Origin: Candidatus Bathyarchaeota archaeon
GTDB taxonomy: Archaea; Thermoproteota; Bathyarchaeia; Bathyarchaeales; Bathycorpusculaceae
NCBI GenBank assembly: GCA_963811105.1
Contig: CAWEPZ010000008.1
Span: forward strand, 32,001 to 96,000
Direction: 5' to 3'
DNA length: 64,000 bases
In this document: piece after piece, positions 10,956 through 21,739 of the stretch
Position numbering within the stretch: the stretch's first letter is position 1
Layout of the letters: each line of letters opens with the position of its first letter
Notes under the pieces: generated by a model
What the model was told of the DNA's origin: nothing
The model's database searches: none
Seen by the model: only the letters and a program-made list of their open reading frames with translations
Position numbers and translations under genes: made by a program

Positions 10956-11087
10956 CTCTATCGTATTGAGCTACCTATTCTTAGTTAACCATTAAGGCTT
11001 AATAAACTATAAACAGTCCTTTGAATCCACATTTATAATCCACAACAAAACATTTCACTAACCAAAAAATATAAACACATTTCAAGG

Positions 11088-12108
11088 TCACATTTCAGCA
11101 CTTAAAGCCTCAAGCAAAATCGTCAACTCTTTCGCTCTCTTACTGTCTTTGAGCAGCAAATTGCTTGCCAATTCATTTTCACCAAGTTTCCGTAATTCAG
11201 CTTTTAGTTTTTGAACTTCAATGGAGTTTAATGTAGTTTTAGCGATGAATTTTAGATTTTTAGATGAAATCCTGTTTTCTTTGACAAATGGGAGAAATTG
11301 TTCTTTTATTTTCGGGTTTTGTAGTGCATAAAGCATGGGGTATGGGGGTAGTTCATTTTTGATTCTGTGTGCAAGTTCAGAGGGGGTCACAAGGTCAACA
11401 AATTCTTCCTTCAACGTTGACAATATCCCAATTAATCGACCATAATTAGTCAAATCCTCAATCATCTTCTCGTCTGCACCAGCAAAAACCCCGCCAATTC
11501 TGCAGTGAAGCCCAGCTATAACCCCTTTTAGCCTAATTACCTTAAAATATTCCTCGGGTGTTACATCTGCTTTCTTCCATAATTCTACTTCCACAGATTC
11601 TGCCTTGATTATTTCAGTCATTGATTTTAGAACAAAAGCTGTGACTACCTTTTTCTGATCATTTGTTAAGGATTCGCAGTTTTGTAGTGCTACAGTGCCT
11701 TCGAAGTAGTAAGGTGTCGCCTGCGAGAAGAGCAACATCTCTACCATATTTACCGAAAATGGTTTTTGTTTCGAATTTCTCAATCGAATTGTCAATGATG
11801 TCATCGTGGATGTCTCCTGCTGCGGTCATCAGCATCATGGCAGTGGCCAAAGGTTTTGTTTTTTCAGGGTTTCCTCCTCCGGCTTTGCAGGAGAGATACA
11901 AAAGGGCTGGGAAAATCGGCAATACATTTGGCAAAATTTCTGTAGCATAATAATTTAGTGCATTGGAGATTGTTCCCTTGGCTTCTTGACCCTCACGAAT
12001 CTTTTTGGAAGCTGCATCTAACACAGATTTGCCTCTGTGGTTAATAATTTCCAGAGCTTTTTCTGTTAGCGAGTAGGGTTTCATATCTTTACCGTGTCGG
12101 GTTTGCAT
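11088..12108 (-). CDS. Polyprenyl synthetase family protein (divergent), frameshift near 11700
   Basis: FARM DIHDDIID and ALLAGD; the second aspartate-rich motif is degenerate (LKEEFVD). Confidence 0.8.
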
Positions 12109-12870
12109 TTCTAATTAATAATTGATTTTTCAAAAAAGTAAATTGAAATTTGTGTATCGTTTTTGTCGACATTTACCAGCCGCCCCAATTCGCTGGTGTG
12201 GCTCTTGTTATAGCTTTTTTCTGGTTCATTAATTTCACCTCTATTTTGATGACGGTTTTGATAGGTTTTGTTTTCAATCCTCTGCGTCATTAGAAATAAT
12301 ATCGTGTCTCGTAATATATAAGCATAGGAGTAAAGAGACCAGGGTAGGAGCTGTATAAAACAAAACAACAATCTAACAATACAACAGTACAACAAGAATA
12401 CACTTTAACACATAATAAACCAGTTGATAGAAGCACAACAAATCCTGTGCAAACAACATAAAAAAAATTACTCCCCCTTAGAAGCTAATTTATTTTTCAT
12501 CAGTTGTTTGCCTTACACAGAGAAAATATGTTTTTTGAAATTGTTCCGCGTGACAAACCCGAGGTATCAACCACTCTTCACAACAAAGGCAAAAGGATAA
12601 GGTTTCGGCTTTGCCGTATATAAACTATTAATAGAAGCACAGAATAGCACAATAACTTTTGAAAGCGAAGAAAACAATGGAACCAAATTCACTATAACTC
12701 TGCCAATCGCAAAATAACCAATCTTCTTAACATAAATGCATCTGAAAGACAAGGCAAGCCCACCATTGCCTTGCGAAAAAAGAATATAGGACAAAGCACT
12801 GTTTCTCTTGTTAAAAAGACTCTGGTGAAACAATACGGTCTCATCTAACGCTGAAGAAAACAACAACGAA

Positions 12871-13977
12871 ATGGTTGTTACACCTTGGGAAGTAAAAGGC
12901 AAAGTAGACTACGAACGCTTAATCCGTGAATTCGGCACCCAACCCTTAACTCCCCAACTGCTTGAAAGAGTAGAAAAACATACTGACAAACTCCACCTAC
13001 AACTTGAAAGACGCATTTTCTTCAGCCACCGAGACCTCGACACCGTCCTAGACCTCTACGACAAAGGCATAAAATTCGTCCTCTACACAGGCAGAGGACC
13101 ATCAGGGCCAGTTCACATCGGACACCTCGTCCCATGGATATTCACACTTCACATCCAACAAAAATTCAACACAAGACTCTATTTTCAAATAACCGATGAT
13201 GAAAAATACCTCATAAGCGATGACGCAGACCTCAAAAAAACAAGCAAATACTCCTACGAAAACGCTTTAGACCTAATAGCGCTCGGATTCAAGCCAGAGA
13301 ACACATTCATCATCTACGACACCAAAGACATCGACTTACTATACGAAATCACGTTGGAAGTAGCTAAGCGCATAACTTACAGCACAGCACGAAGCAGCTT
13401 TGGTTTCCAAGACAGCACCAACATAGGTTGGGTCTTCTGGCCAGCAATCCAAGCCGCACCATGCTTCATTCACAAAAAACTCACAGGCGAAAACGTCCCA
13501 GCGCTCATCCCAGCAGCCATCGACCAAGACCCCTATTGGCGAGTAACCCGCGACATAGCTCAAAAACTCGGCTACTATAAACCAGCACAAATCCACTGCC
13601 GCTTCCTACCTGGTTTAGGAGCAGGCGGAAAAATGAGTGCATCAATGCCTGAAACCAGCATATTCACTGTTGACCCTCCAGATGTGGTTAAAAAGAAGAT
13701 TTGGAACGCATTCACAGGCGGCAAAGGCACAGCAGCTGAGCAACGAAAAACAGGCGCAGACCCAACAGTCTGCAGCATCTTCCAATACTATTTCTTCCTC
13801 GTTGAAGAAGAAAGCAGCAAATTAGCTGAACGCGAACGCAGGTGCCGAGGAGGCGAAATTCTATGCGGCGAATGCAAAAAAGATCTAGCAGAAAAACTCA
13901 ACAAATTTCTGCAAGGGCATCAGGAACGTCGCGAAAAAGCCAAAGATGTAATCGAACAATACCATATAAAACGTTAA
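12871..13977 (+). CDS. trpS: Tryptophan--tRNA ligase (archaeal/eukaryotic type)
   Basis: VTPW.V.G.VDY, YTGRGPS, HIGH, DQDPYWR, KMSAS, CGECKK. Confidence 0.98.
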   Translation: MVVTPWEVKGKVDYERLIREFGTQPLTPQLLERVEKHTDKLHLQLERRIFFSHRDLDTVLDLYDKGIKFVLYTGRGPSGPVHIGHLVPWIFTLHIQQKFNTRLYFQITDDEKYLISDDADLKKTSKYSYENALDLIALGFKPENTFIIYDTKDIDLLYEITLEVAKRITYSTARSSFGFQDSTNIGWVFWPAIQAAPCFIHKKLTGENVPALIPAAIDQDPYWRVTRDIAQKLGYYKPAQIHCRFLPGLGAGGKMSASMPETSIFTVDPPDVVKKKIWNAFTGGKGTAAEQRKTGADPTVCSIFQYYFFLVEEESSKLAERERRCRGGEILCGECKKDLAEKLNKFLQGHQERREKAKDVIEQYHIKR

Positions 13978-14276
13978 AGAATTCAATAAAACGTTAAAGT
14001 CTCAGCTCTATTTTCTTTTCCGAAATAGTTTTCTTCCATCCATCTCGGTAACATATTCAAAGCCTACTTCTACCAACTTTACAGCTTGATCGACCGTTGC
14101 AGCCAACTTGACTTCATATTGATCATTAAATTCAAGGATCGCAGCCTCAAGATTGGCGTGCAATTGCGTATTCAAAACGCTCTTGTGACCTGCGTGTTAT
14201 AGTATAGTATCAGTCACAAGAGTTTTTAAACAAAACAAATCATAACAAGCAAGTAAGCTATAAGGAGAATAAGAAA

Positions 14277-15063
14277 ATGCGTAAAAAATCAAGTATTTTT
14301 ATTTCGAGCTTGTTTATTGCAATGCTATTACTTTCAACGTCAGCTCTTGCTATTTTCAAGCGTTCAAGCACAAGGCAACGCTACAGTCACAGTTACAGAC
14401 GTAACCGGGGGCACAACCGATAATCCAGGAACTAGCACCTATGCCGATGGAACCTCTTTTACAATAACCGCCACACCAAATGGCCAATATGCCTTTGTAG
14501 ATTGGATAGTATCGACTGATTCAGGCTCAACCAACTATTTTGACAACCCATTAACAATAACGTTAACTGGCGGAACGACCTACACAATGCAACCAGAATT
14601 TCAGATAATAATTGCCCCTCCAGGCGGCAATCTTCCAGCTCAGAATAACAATGCCGCTATCGTAGTTGTTTTAGCATCAGCAGGAGGAACAACCACCCCA
14701 GCGCCAGGTGCATACGCAATAGCTGACGCAACAAATATGAAGTTAACGGCAACAGCAAACAGCGGCTGGCAATTCTCACAATGGACAATCTCCGGTGCAC
14801 CGACAACACATGGAGGCTACCCCACTGACTACACTCCAACAGACAACCCCTACACAGTTGGCCACGGCTACGGATACACATACTACTATCAACCAGTATT
14901 CACTCCAGTTGGAAGCCCAGGTTCATCGGCGTCACCTTCATCTTCACCTGCAGGCATGATTGGCGGATTATCAACTGAAACATGGATCATCATCGCATTA
15001 GTCATCGTACTCATTGTAATGGCAATTGGCTTTGCAGCATATACGATGAGAAGTAGAAAATAG
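14277..15063 (+). CDS. Secreted, membrane-anchored protein with two InlB B-repeat-like domains
   Basis: Signal peptide from ATG 14277 (MRKKSSIFISSLF) with a frameshift near 14355; two GGTT.P..G.Y...ITAT...G..F..W repeats; C-terminal TM plus RSRK. Confidence 0.7.
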
Positions 15064-15334
15064 GTTTCCTCTTTTTTTTCTTTTTAATAATCACCAATAA
15101 CATTCTTTTTTAAACTTTTACATTCAGAAACAGAGTCATTACTAACCAGCAATTTGAAACAATGTTTGGCTAAGATGGATTGTCTGTTTGTTGTTTGTGG
15201 TATGCACGTATGTCCTAATGCTAGCAGCACCTAACGAACCTATCCAACAATCCAGAAAATGAATCGATAGAAGAGTGATGGCTCCTCCAATTACTGGCGA
15301 GCCATGATTAAGGGCTTCTTAATTTATTGTTAAT

Positions 15335-15505
15335 TTAACTAGGCCTTGTGATGTTTGCGGAAGGATGACCGGCGGAGCTGCTAAGTTCTGCCCAAACTCT
15401 CAAATTTACTTCTGCTTCCTATGCTCATATCAATTAATGTCGGTAAAGGGAAAATTGACTTTGGAGTGCCCTATTCGCGGTGGAGAACTGGCTTTTCCAG
15501 AGTAA
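15335..15505 (+). pseudogene. Decayed small 8-ligand zinc-finger (RING-like) gene
   Basis: Translation RPCDVCGRMTGGAAKFCPNSQIYFCFLCSYQLMSVKGKLTLECPIRGGELAFPE*; two expected Cys are TCT and CGC; no canonical start codon. Confidence 0.5.
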
Positions 15506-15701
15506 AAACAAAAAGAAAAAGGAGGATTCCTCTTCTATCCTGGCGAAAACCTGCTTCTCTTATGGGAAGGATTTTTCTTGGCGATTGAGGATATGTTAAA
15601 GTCCGCTGAACTGTACATATATTTTTTAAAAAAATAAACGGTTGTGTGTGGCTATTACAGCAACAAAAAAAGAAAAGGTTTTTGTGGTTTTTTGTTTACG
15701 T

Positions 15702-15866
15702 CTATTTTTTCCTAAGCAACATTAAACCGACGATGACGATCGCGATAATAATGGCGATTACTCCACCAACAATGTAAATCATTAGATCTGTTGCAGTTGC
15801 GGCATTCAGAGGTTGAGCGGCTGATGTTGTGGTTGGTGAAATTTGCGGGTTTACGACGTTTGCGTG
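15702..15866 (-). pseudogene. C-terminal remnant of a PQQ-type beta-propeller surface protein
   Basis: Translates HANVVNPQISPTTTSAAQPLNAATATDLMIYIVGGVIAIIIAIVIVGLMLLRKK*, matching the tail of 22061-24664. Confidence 0.85.
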
Positions 15867-15964
15867 GGGGCGGTGGTCCTACATGGGACCAACTTTACCC
15901 TAACACAAATCCCAACTGGAACGCTCAAGAAAGCTTCACACCATACGTTCAAGGACCAAGCAGC
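15866..15964 (+). pseudogene. Internal fragment of a PQQ-type paralog in the opposite orientation
   Basis: GGGPTWDQLYPNTNPNWNAQESFTPYVQGPSS aligns with GGGANWPAYTNIYESNYKFVPYVQAPTS of 22061-24664. Confidence 0.7.
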
Positions 15965-16033
15965 CCTTGGGGGATACAAAGTTCTTGAAAAATTTATAAG
16001 TTTATTTGATTAAATATATAACGAAGCGGTTAA

Positions 16034-16504
16034 TTGACAGAGACAATACCAGAATTTTGCCCAAATTGTGGCAAAAAGACATCTGCAAACACGGTTTTTT
16101 GTTCTTTCTGCGGAAAGACATTAACTTTAGAACGAAATTCTGCCGATACAAATATCCAGAGTTCGGAAATCGATATTTTTTCATTTGGACCGTCAGGAGT
16201 AATGATTTGCTTGGCAAGACCTAGCGCCTTTGCGAAAGCAAGAGTCAATATCAAAGTTTTCTTGACAAACAAGCGAATCTATGGTCTAAACAAATTTATT
16301 CGGACGAAGCTATACTTGGAATTACCTATAGAATCAATTCTTTCTTTAGAGGCATGCAGTTATTCCCGTTTTAAGGGAGTGCTTATTCACCATAAACTCG
16401 GCTCAGAAATAAAGGAGATAGCGATAATGGGTGACAAGAATAACTATGGAAATGTCGGTCACTTAGTAGAATTGCTTACAAAAATGACTGCCACTAAAAC
16501 GTGA
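16034..16504 (+). CDS. Zinc-ribbon protein with PH/GRAM-like domain
   Basis: FCPNCG...FCSFCG double knuckle; VFLTNKRI typical of PH-like folds. Confidence 0.65.
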   Translation: MTETIPEFCPNCGKKTSANTVFCSFCGKTLTLERNSADTNIQSSEIDIFSFGPSGVMICLARPSAFAKARVNIKVFLTNKRIYGLNKFIRTKLYLELPIESILSLEACSYSRFKGVLIHHKLGSEIKEIAIMGDKNNYGNVGHLVELLTKMTATKT

Positions 16505-16581
16505 TTCTTGCTTCTTTTAGGTTGATTATAGAAAGACATATAACTTGACCAAAATAATTGCTGTAAAGAGCTCGTATCACT

Positions 16582-17379
16582 ATGAAGTGTTATGAACACC
16601 CTGACAGGGAAGCTTTAGCAATATGCAAATCTTGTGGGAAGGGCTTATGCAAAGATTGCAATATTGATGTTCAAAGAATTAGTTACTGCAAAGATTGTTT
16701 AAATAATAAACTAACAGTTCAAAGCGATAAGGATGCTCAACTAAATTTATTATTCGGCCCAGAGGCTGAATTGGAAAGAGAATTTAGATCTGGAGCAAAT
16801 GGACTAATCGCACTAGGAATAGTTTCTCTTTTCATAGTTGTTTTTATTACTATTACGGACTTTTACAACATACAAGCCACTGGAGTAACAGCCATAATTT
16901 GGATATGGATAATAGCAACAGCGATCTCAATATTTTCAGCTGCCCTTGGGTATAAAGCATTAAGGACAGCATATAGGAATAACTTAGGCATACCGGCGCG
17001 AATACTTGGCTATTTATCTGCAGTTTTCCTATTTTTGGTGTTATTGTTATGGCTTGTAATTGACCCAACAGTCGTATCCTCGCTTGATGCAATAAATGCC
17101 ATTAATGGCTTGAAAACTTACTTTTATTTGACCTTCACAATTTTTGGCGTTACGCAAATTGTGTGGGGTATCGCTCATCTCTCGAGTAGGCAACAAACTG
17201 GCAAAAGCAGTCTATCAGTTCTAAGCGGAATAGTAATGATAGTATCAGGGTCTATTGTATCTCTATCGATAGTTTTCTTTGATGCGGCGCTAGTACCTGG
17301 ATTAGTTATCTTTGCAGTGTCAGCTTTCTTGTCTTCAGCAGTGTTCATTACTGCAAAAAGACCTAAACTAAACAATTAG
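16582..17379 (+). CDS. B-box-like zinc finger membrane protein
   Basis: CYEHPDREALAICKSCGKGLCKDC...YCKDC, followed by about 6 TM helices. Confidence 0.75.
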   Translation: MKCYEHPDREALAICKSCGKGLCKDCNIDVQRISYCKDCLNNKLTVQSDKDAQLNLLFGPEAELEREFRSGANGLIALGIVSLFIVVFITITDFYNIQATGVTAIIWIWIIATAISIFSAALGYKALRTAYRNNLGIPARILGYLSAVFLFLVLLLWLVIDPTVVSSLDAINAINGLKTYFYLTFTIFGVTQIVWGIAHLSSRQQTGKSSLSVLSGIVMIVSGSIVSLSIVFFDAALVPGLVIFAVSAFLSSAVFITAKRPKLNN

Positions 17380-17414
17380 TCGGACCAAAAACTTTCGTAG
17401 GAGACAGGATAAAT

Positions 17415-18875
17415 TTGAAGGTCTATCAGAAAAAAGTTGGGTTCATTGTTTTATTACTAATTTTTAGTTTTACTACTGAATTGTCTAACACAATAGTAGC
17501 CGCAAATACTGCGGGTACCTTACAAATAAAGTCTAACATTGACGGTGCAAATGTATTCATGGGAAACAATCCAAATGGAACTACGGATTCTTGGGGAAAT
17601 TGCAATATCGGCGATATTTCGGCAGGGCAGTACACGATTAAAATAGCAAAAGTGGGATACAAAGACTGGATCAAACAAATAGCGATCGACCCAGGGAAAA
17701 CAACCATGATTTTTCCCTATCTTGAAAGTGGGACAGGAGCTGAAACAGTCAGACAGGAGATAATACTCTCCGGTTCTGTATCAGGCAGCTTAAAGGTGGT
17801 TTCTATTGAAGGTGTTAACATTTATGTTAATGACGAATTTGGCGGTATCACCGACACATGGGGAAATAGTCAAGTAAATGGCTTGCTTCAAGGCACATAT
17901 TCTCTAAGAATAACTTGTTTAGGATACAAAAACTGGGTTAAAACCATTAATATAGAACCTGGTTTAACAACAACTGTATACGCCGTTCCTGAACCCGGAG
18001 CTGGCGATAGTACAACAAGAGATGAAGTACTTTTTTACAATTCGTCTTATGGTAGCTTGCAGGTAAACTCAGCAAGCGACGTTAAAGTTTTTGTTAGCAA
18101 TGAATACGGCGGTAAAATAGATGTTTGGGGTAGCATTGCAGTCAATGGATTGCTTAATGGCACTTATACAATCAAACTTACCCAAAGTGGATTCAAAGAG
18201 TATGACAAGCAAGTTATAATTACGGCTGGTCAAACGACGCAACTGTATGCTTCCCTTGAACAAGGTACAGGAATTGCGGATACAAGAAATGAAACTTTAA
18301 GTTTTGATTCTCAATTTGGCACCTTAAAAATAAAAGGCGTTGATGGAACGGCTGTTTACATTGATAATGAGTATGGCGGAAGTATTGATTTTGGAGCTTG
18401 CCAGGTCAATGGTTTGATCGCGGGTGACTATAGCCTAAGGCTAACAAAAGAGGGGTACAAGGACTGGTTAATTCCTGTATCTATAATCGCAGGACAAACA
18501 AAACAGATTGAATCAAACCAGCTGGTTAATTATACAGTCACTATTGATCCAAATTCTACCGACAAAACATCAATTCCAACCATAAACCCTAATGATATTT
18601 CTAAGCCATCATCTGCTGAAATAACTCTTCCGTCCAAGTCGAGCGTCTATCTTAACTTCTTAATTGCAGGCGGGGTAATCGCAATAATTGCTGTGTCTGT
18701 AATTTCCATAAGCATAATCATTTCAAGAAGAGGAAGAAACGTTAAAAAAAAGAGTATTCAAACAGAATCCATCATAAATATACCGCAGGAGCCAGTGGCA
18801 AAATATTGTATAAATTGTGGGTCGATGGTCTCTCACAAGGAAGAGTTCTGCAAAAACTGCGGAAAAAAAGTGTAA
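17415..18875 (+). CDS. PEGA-repeat membrane protein with C-terminal zinc ribbon
   Basis: Signal peptide; four G.L.I.S..GA.V.......G.Y.I.I.K.GYKDW repeats; TM helix; YCINCG...FCKNCG. Confidence 0.85.
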   Translation: MKVYQKKVGFIVLLLIFSFTTELSNTIVAANTAGTLQIKSNIDGANVFMGNNPNGTTDSWGNCNIGDISAGQYTIKIAKVGYKDWIKQIAIDPGKTTMIFPYLESGTGAETVRQEIILSGSVSGSLKVVSIEGVNIYVNDEFGGITDTWGNSQVNGLLQGTYSLRITCLGYKNWVKTINIEPGLTTTVYAVPEPGAGDSTTRDEVLFYNSSYGSLQVNSASDVKVFVSNEYGGKIDVWGSIAVNGLLNGTYTIKLTQSGFKEYDKQVIITAGQTTQLYASLEQGTGIADTRNETLSFDSQFGTLKIKGVDGTAVYIDNEYGGSIDFGACQVNGLIAGDYSLRLTKEGYKDWLIPVSIIAGQTKQIESNQLVNYTVTIDPNSTDKTSIPTINPNDISKPSSAEITLPSKSSVYLNFLIAGGVIAIIAVSVISISIIISRRGRNVKKKSIQTESIINIPQEPVAKYCINCGSMVSHKEEFCKNCGKKV

Positions 18876-18919
18876 AGTCAAGCATGGTTATCATTGGCAC
18901 GCACGTTTATAGTCCCAGA

Positions 18920-19223
18920 TTTTTGGTATATTGAAGTTAGACCGTTATTCTGTTTCTGTTTAGGCTGTCTCTTATGCCGTCATTAGTCTTGGTATCAACT
19001 CTTCTTTTGCTTGCGTGACCAAAGCGGGTGACTTTCCAATTCTTCATATGTCCTCTGACAATTAGCGGATTTCTCATTAGTTTGTAGAAGGGCATTTTTA
19101 TTTGAGAAGAATAAAGTTATGCTATGAAATTTAGTAATCGTTTGCCTACACTTATTCCTTGATAGTCTGGTATAACGACTGAGCGGCTAAGAAATAAGCT
19201 TTGAAATGCCATGATTCAAGCTC
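18920..19223 (-). pseudogene. GNAT acetyltransferase remnant
   Basis: Translates LSRSVVIPDYQGISVGKRLLNFIA*LYSSQ...RNRITV*LQY: acetyl-CoA motif A with two in-frame stops. Confidence 0.65.
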
Positions 19224-19351
19224 ATCACAGCAAAGGACTCAGGAACAAGCTCAACAAAAAGCTCGGTAGCCCGACGACCGAAGATAAGCCCTTACAGCAC
19301 AAATCAGCGTTCTTTGATATCACATCTTGAAGCGGAATAGCACTAGCATAC

Positions 19352-19627
19352 TTATCGATAGTCTCCTGAACCCCTATCAAGGAGCGTATTCTCACTCTCA
19401 GTTAAACAATAAATATCGATTCTGGTCTCCGACTTAGCTGAATCATCCAACTGCAAAGCTAAGTGACCTACTTTCCGGTTCAACGGCCAAGACTTCAAGG
19501 CACAAACACCACCCTCAGCTTTATCCTCCAAAACCGACCCTGCTATTTTGAATTTCAAGAGAACCCGACAGCAGCATTTTAGAGAGTAAGTTGCCCAAGA
19601 TACCACGGAACAAGACAACCTTACCAT
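19352..19627 (-). pseudogene. Degenerate hypothetical gene starting inside direct-repeat copy 1
   Basis: ATGGTAAGGTTGTCTTG start is mirrored in repeat copy 2; no recognisable domain. Confidence 0.3.
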
Positions 19628-19689
19628 AATGTAACAATACAGCAAACAAAACTCGGGAAGTCTAAAGATCTTACATTACTGGTGGGATT
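19609..19689. repeat. Direct repeat copy 1 (pairs with 21659-21739)
   Basis: Core 19640-19689 versus 21690-21739 is 48/50 identical (CAGCAAACAAAACTCGGGAAGTCTAAAGATyTTACATTACTGkTGGGATT). Confidence 0.92.
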
Positions 19690-21529
19690 TAGTCCAGTTA
19701 TAGGCAGTAACACCATCATATTGTCCATAGATAATCATACCGTACGCTGAGGATACACTGTAGTCTCCAAAGATTCCCCATGGGTAACTTGACAGCTCGC
19801 TGGTCCATAATTCCTTTCCTGTTAACAAGTCCCAGCAATGCCAATGTCCATCGTTTAAACGTGCAGCAAATTTTCCGTGATCGGCAACCGCTGTGCTTCC
19901 ACTGTACAGACCCAAAGTAGAGTCGTTAGGGTTCGTTGAAACATTCCACAGTAGATTTCCTGTTGTCAGGCTTGCAGCCATTATGTTGAGACCATAGGCT
20001 ACTCCTGAGGTGGTAGGGGTTATTCCAACCGTGCTAACAGCTATGCCTGCTTGGAAATCACAAGTGCCTAAGGAGCTGAAAGGCCAAGTTATATTGCTTA
20101 TTATCCTAGTAGTGAAATTGTCGGTAACCGGGGCAGTGGTCCAGTTTAACAAACGATAGTTGCCGCTACCAAGACTTTGAACGCTCAAAACGTACGGGTC
20201 TTTGTAAAAGGTGCCTGTCATCCCTGTGAAATTATTGGCGAGACGTGTGATTCCGTTTATGAGAACTGCTCCAGTCCATGGATCATACTTTACAAGACGT
20301 GTACCTATAGACATGAGACAAGGCGTCAGTTGCAGTGGTTCACGAGCTTCAGAGCCAGGTACGCCTATGCCGCCCGCTGCCACAATGGGGGGAGAATAAA
20401 CATATGAAATCACTGTTGGCGCGGTTTCACCTGATGCTAGGGGTCTTTCCCAAAATAATTGTCCTGTGCGTAAGTCGAAGCATTTCCAATAGGTTTGCGT
20501 GGTTGTTCCAACACCAGGTTTTGAGTAAGTCTGATAACATCGCCCATCATAGACTATGGTCGGATTACCCCCGCCCGTAAGTGCTGATCCAGGAGCGCCA
20601 GTGCCTATAGTGCCAGCCCCCAGTTGTCCGCCAGCGAGACTGTTTTGTCCAGTTGAGCCTCCGACAAGTCCTGATATTACGCCTTGGGTTAGCCAAACTA
20701 TGTGTGCAGTTTTTGGTGCTTGAACATATGGTATGAAATTGTAATTGCTCATGTAAGTATTTGTTTCAACTGGCCAGTAAGCACTTCCTCCCGTTGCGAC
20801 TCCACCTATGCTGCCAGGGGCCCCGCATACTCCCGTCGCAGGGTAGTTTCCTAGTATAGGCCACCATTCTCTATTGTCGGGCTGGGCGGGTCTTGTCCAG
20901 TAGTCCGTTGGAAGTGTAGATGAAGGCCAAGAAGCGACTGGTTGACTTTGTACTATAAATGTTTCCACCGGACTGACTGATGGCTTATAGTAGGCTGATT
21001 GGGTGAAACTGTAGATTGTATTTACCGACGCTGATGCCTGCGATGTATAATTTCCCGGAGGGAAATAGCCGCCGGGGAAGTTAAATTGTATTGTCCAGTT
21101 GCCTAGCTGATCGGGTGCATACGTAAAGTATCCTGTTGTGTCTGCAAAAAAGGAATTGAATGGACCTACGGTGACTTTGGTTTCGTCAGGTTTTGTCATT
21201 GTGACTGTGTAACCTGTGTAGCATCGGCTTTGGTGAACTGGGGGCTCCGTCCATACGTTTACTAGGAGATATTGACCGAGGCCTATTGGGTTAGGACTAA
21301 ATGCTATTCGAGATAGAGTATCAAAACTCTGGTCAGGAGTGATACCTGCGGGTAGTGCCTGAGAGTATCCAGTTTGATTATTAGTTGGTGTGACTCCGGC
21401 AGGTAAGACGGCTTGAGCTTCAACTAATTGGATTGGTTTCGATGGCAATGCCATTAGTGTCGCAGAAGCAAGCATTAGAGCTATGAATATCAATGCAAAA
21501 GTTTTCTTTTCTATTACAAAAGTCTTCAT
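19676..21529 (-). pseudogene. PQQ-type beta-propeller surface protein, C-terminally truncated
   Basis: Collinear with 22061-24664 up to AYNWT, then KSHQ* from the repeat; lacks about 290 aa including the TM anchor. Confidence 0.85.
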
Positions 21530-21658
21530 TTTCTTTTTTCTTCTGTTTTTGTTTGAGAAAGAGCTATCTTTCGAAGTTTTGCCCTTTCCCTAAATTAGGC
21601 TTGCAGTCAGGTATCTTATAAGTATGCTGGAAAGTAGTTGCTGATAAGGTAACCACAA

Positions 21659-21739
21659 AACAAGACAACACTTACCATATTTTATCATTCAGCAAACAAA
21701 ACTCGGGAAGTCTAAAGATTTTACATTACTGTTGGGATT
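21659..21739. repeat. Direct repeat copy 2
   Basis: See copy 1; core offset 2050 bp. Confidence 0.92.

Noticed and set aside
12111-12902. ORFs 12111-12395 and 12567-12902
   Set aside because: AT-rich spacer with no recognisable motifs; coding status cannot be supported.
15791-15988. 65-aa ORF as a real gene
   Set aside because: Chimera of the antisense of one gene fragment and an internal fragment of another.
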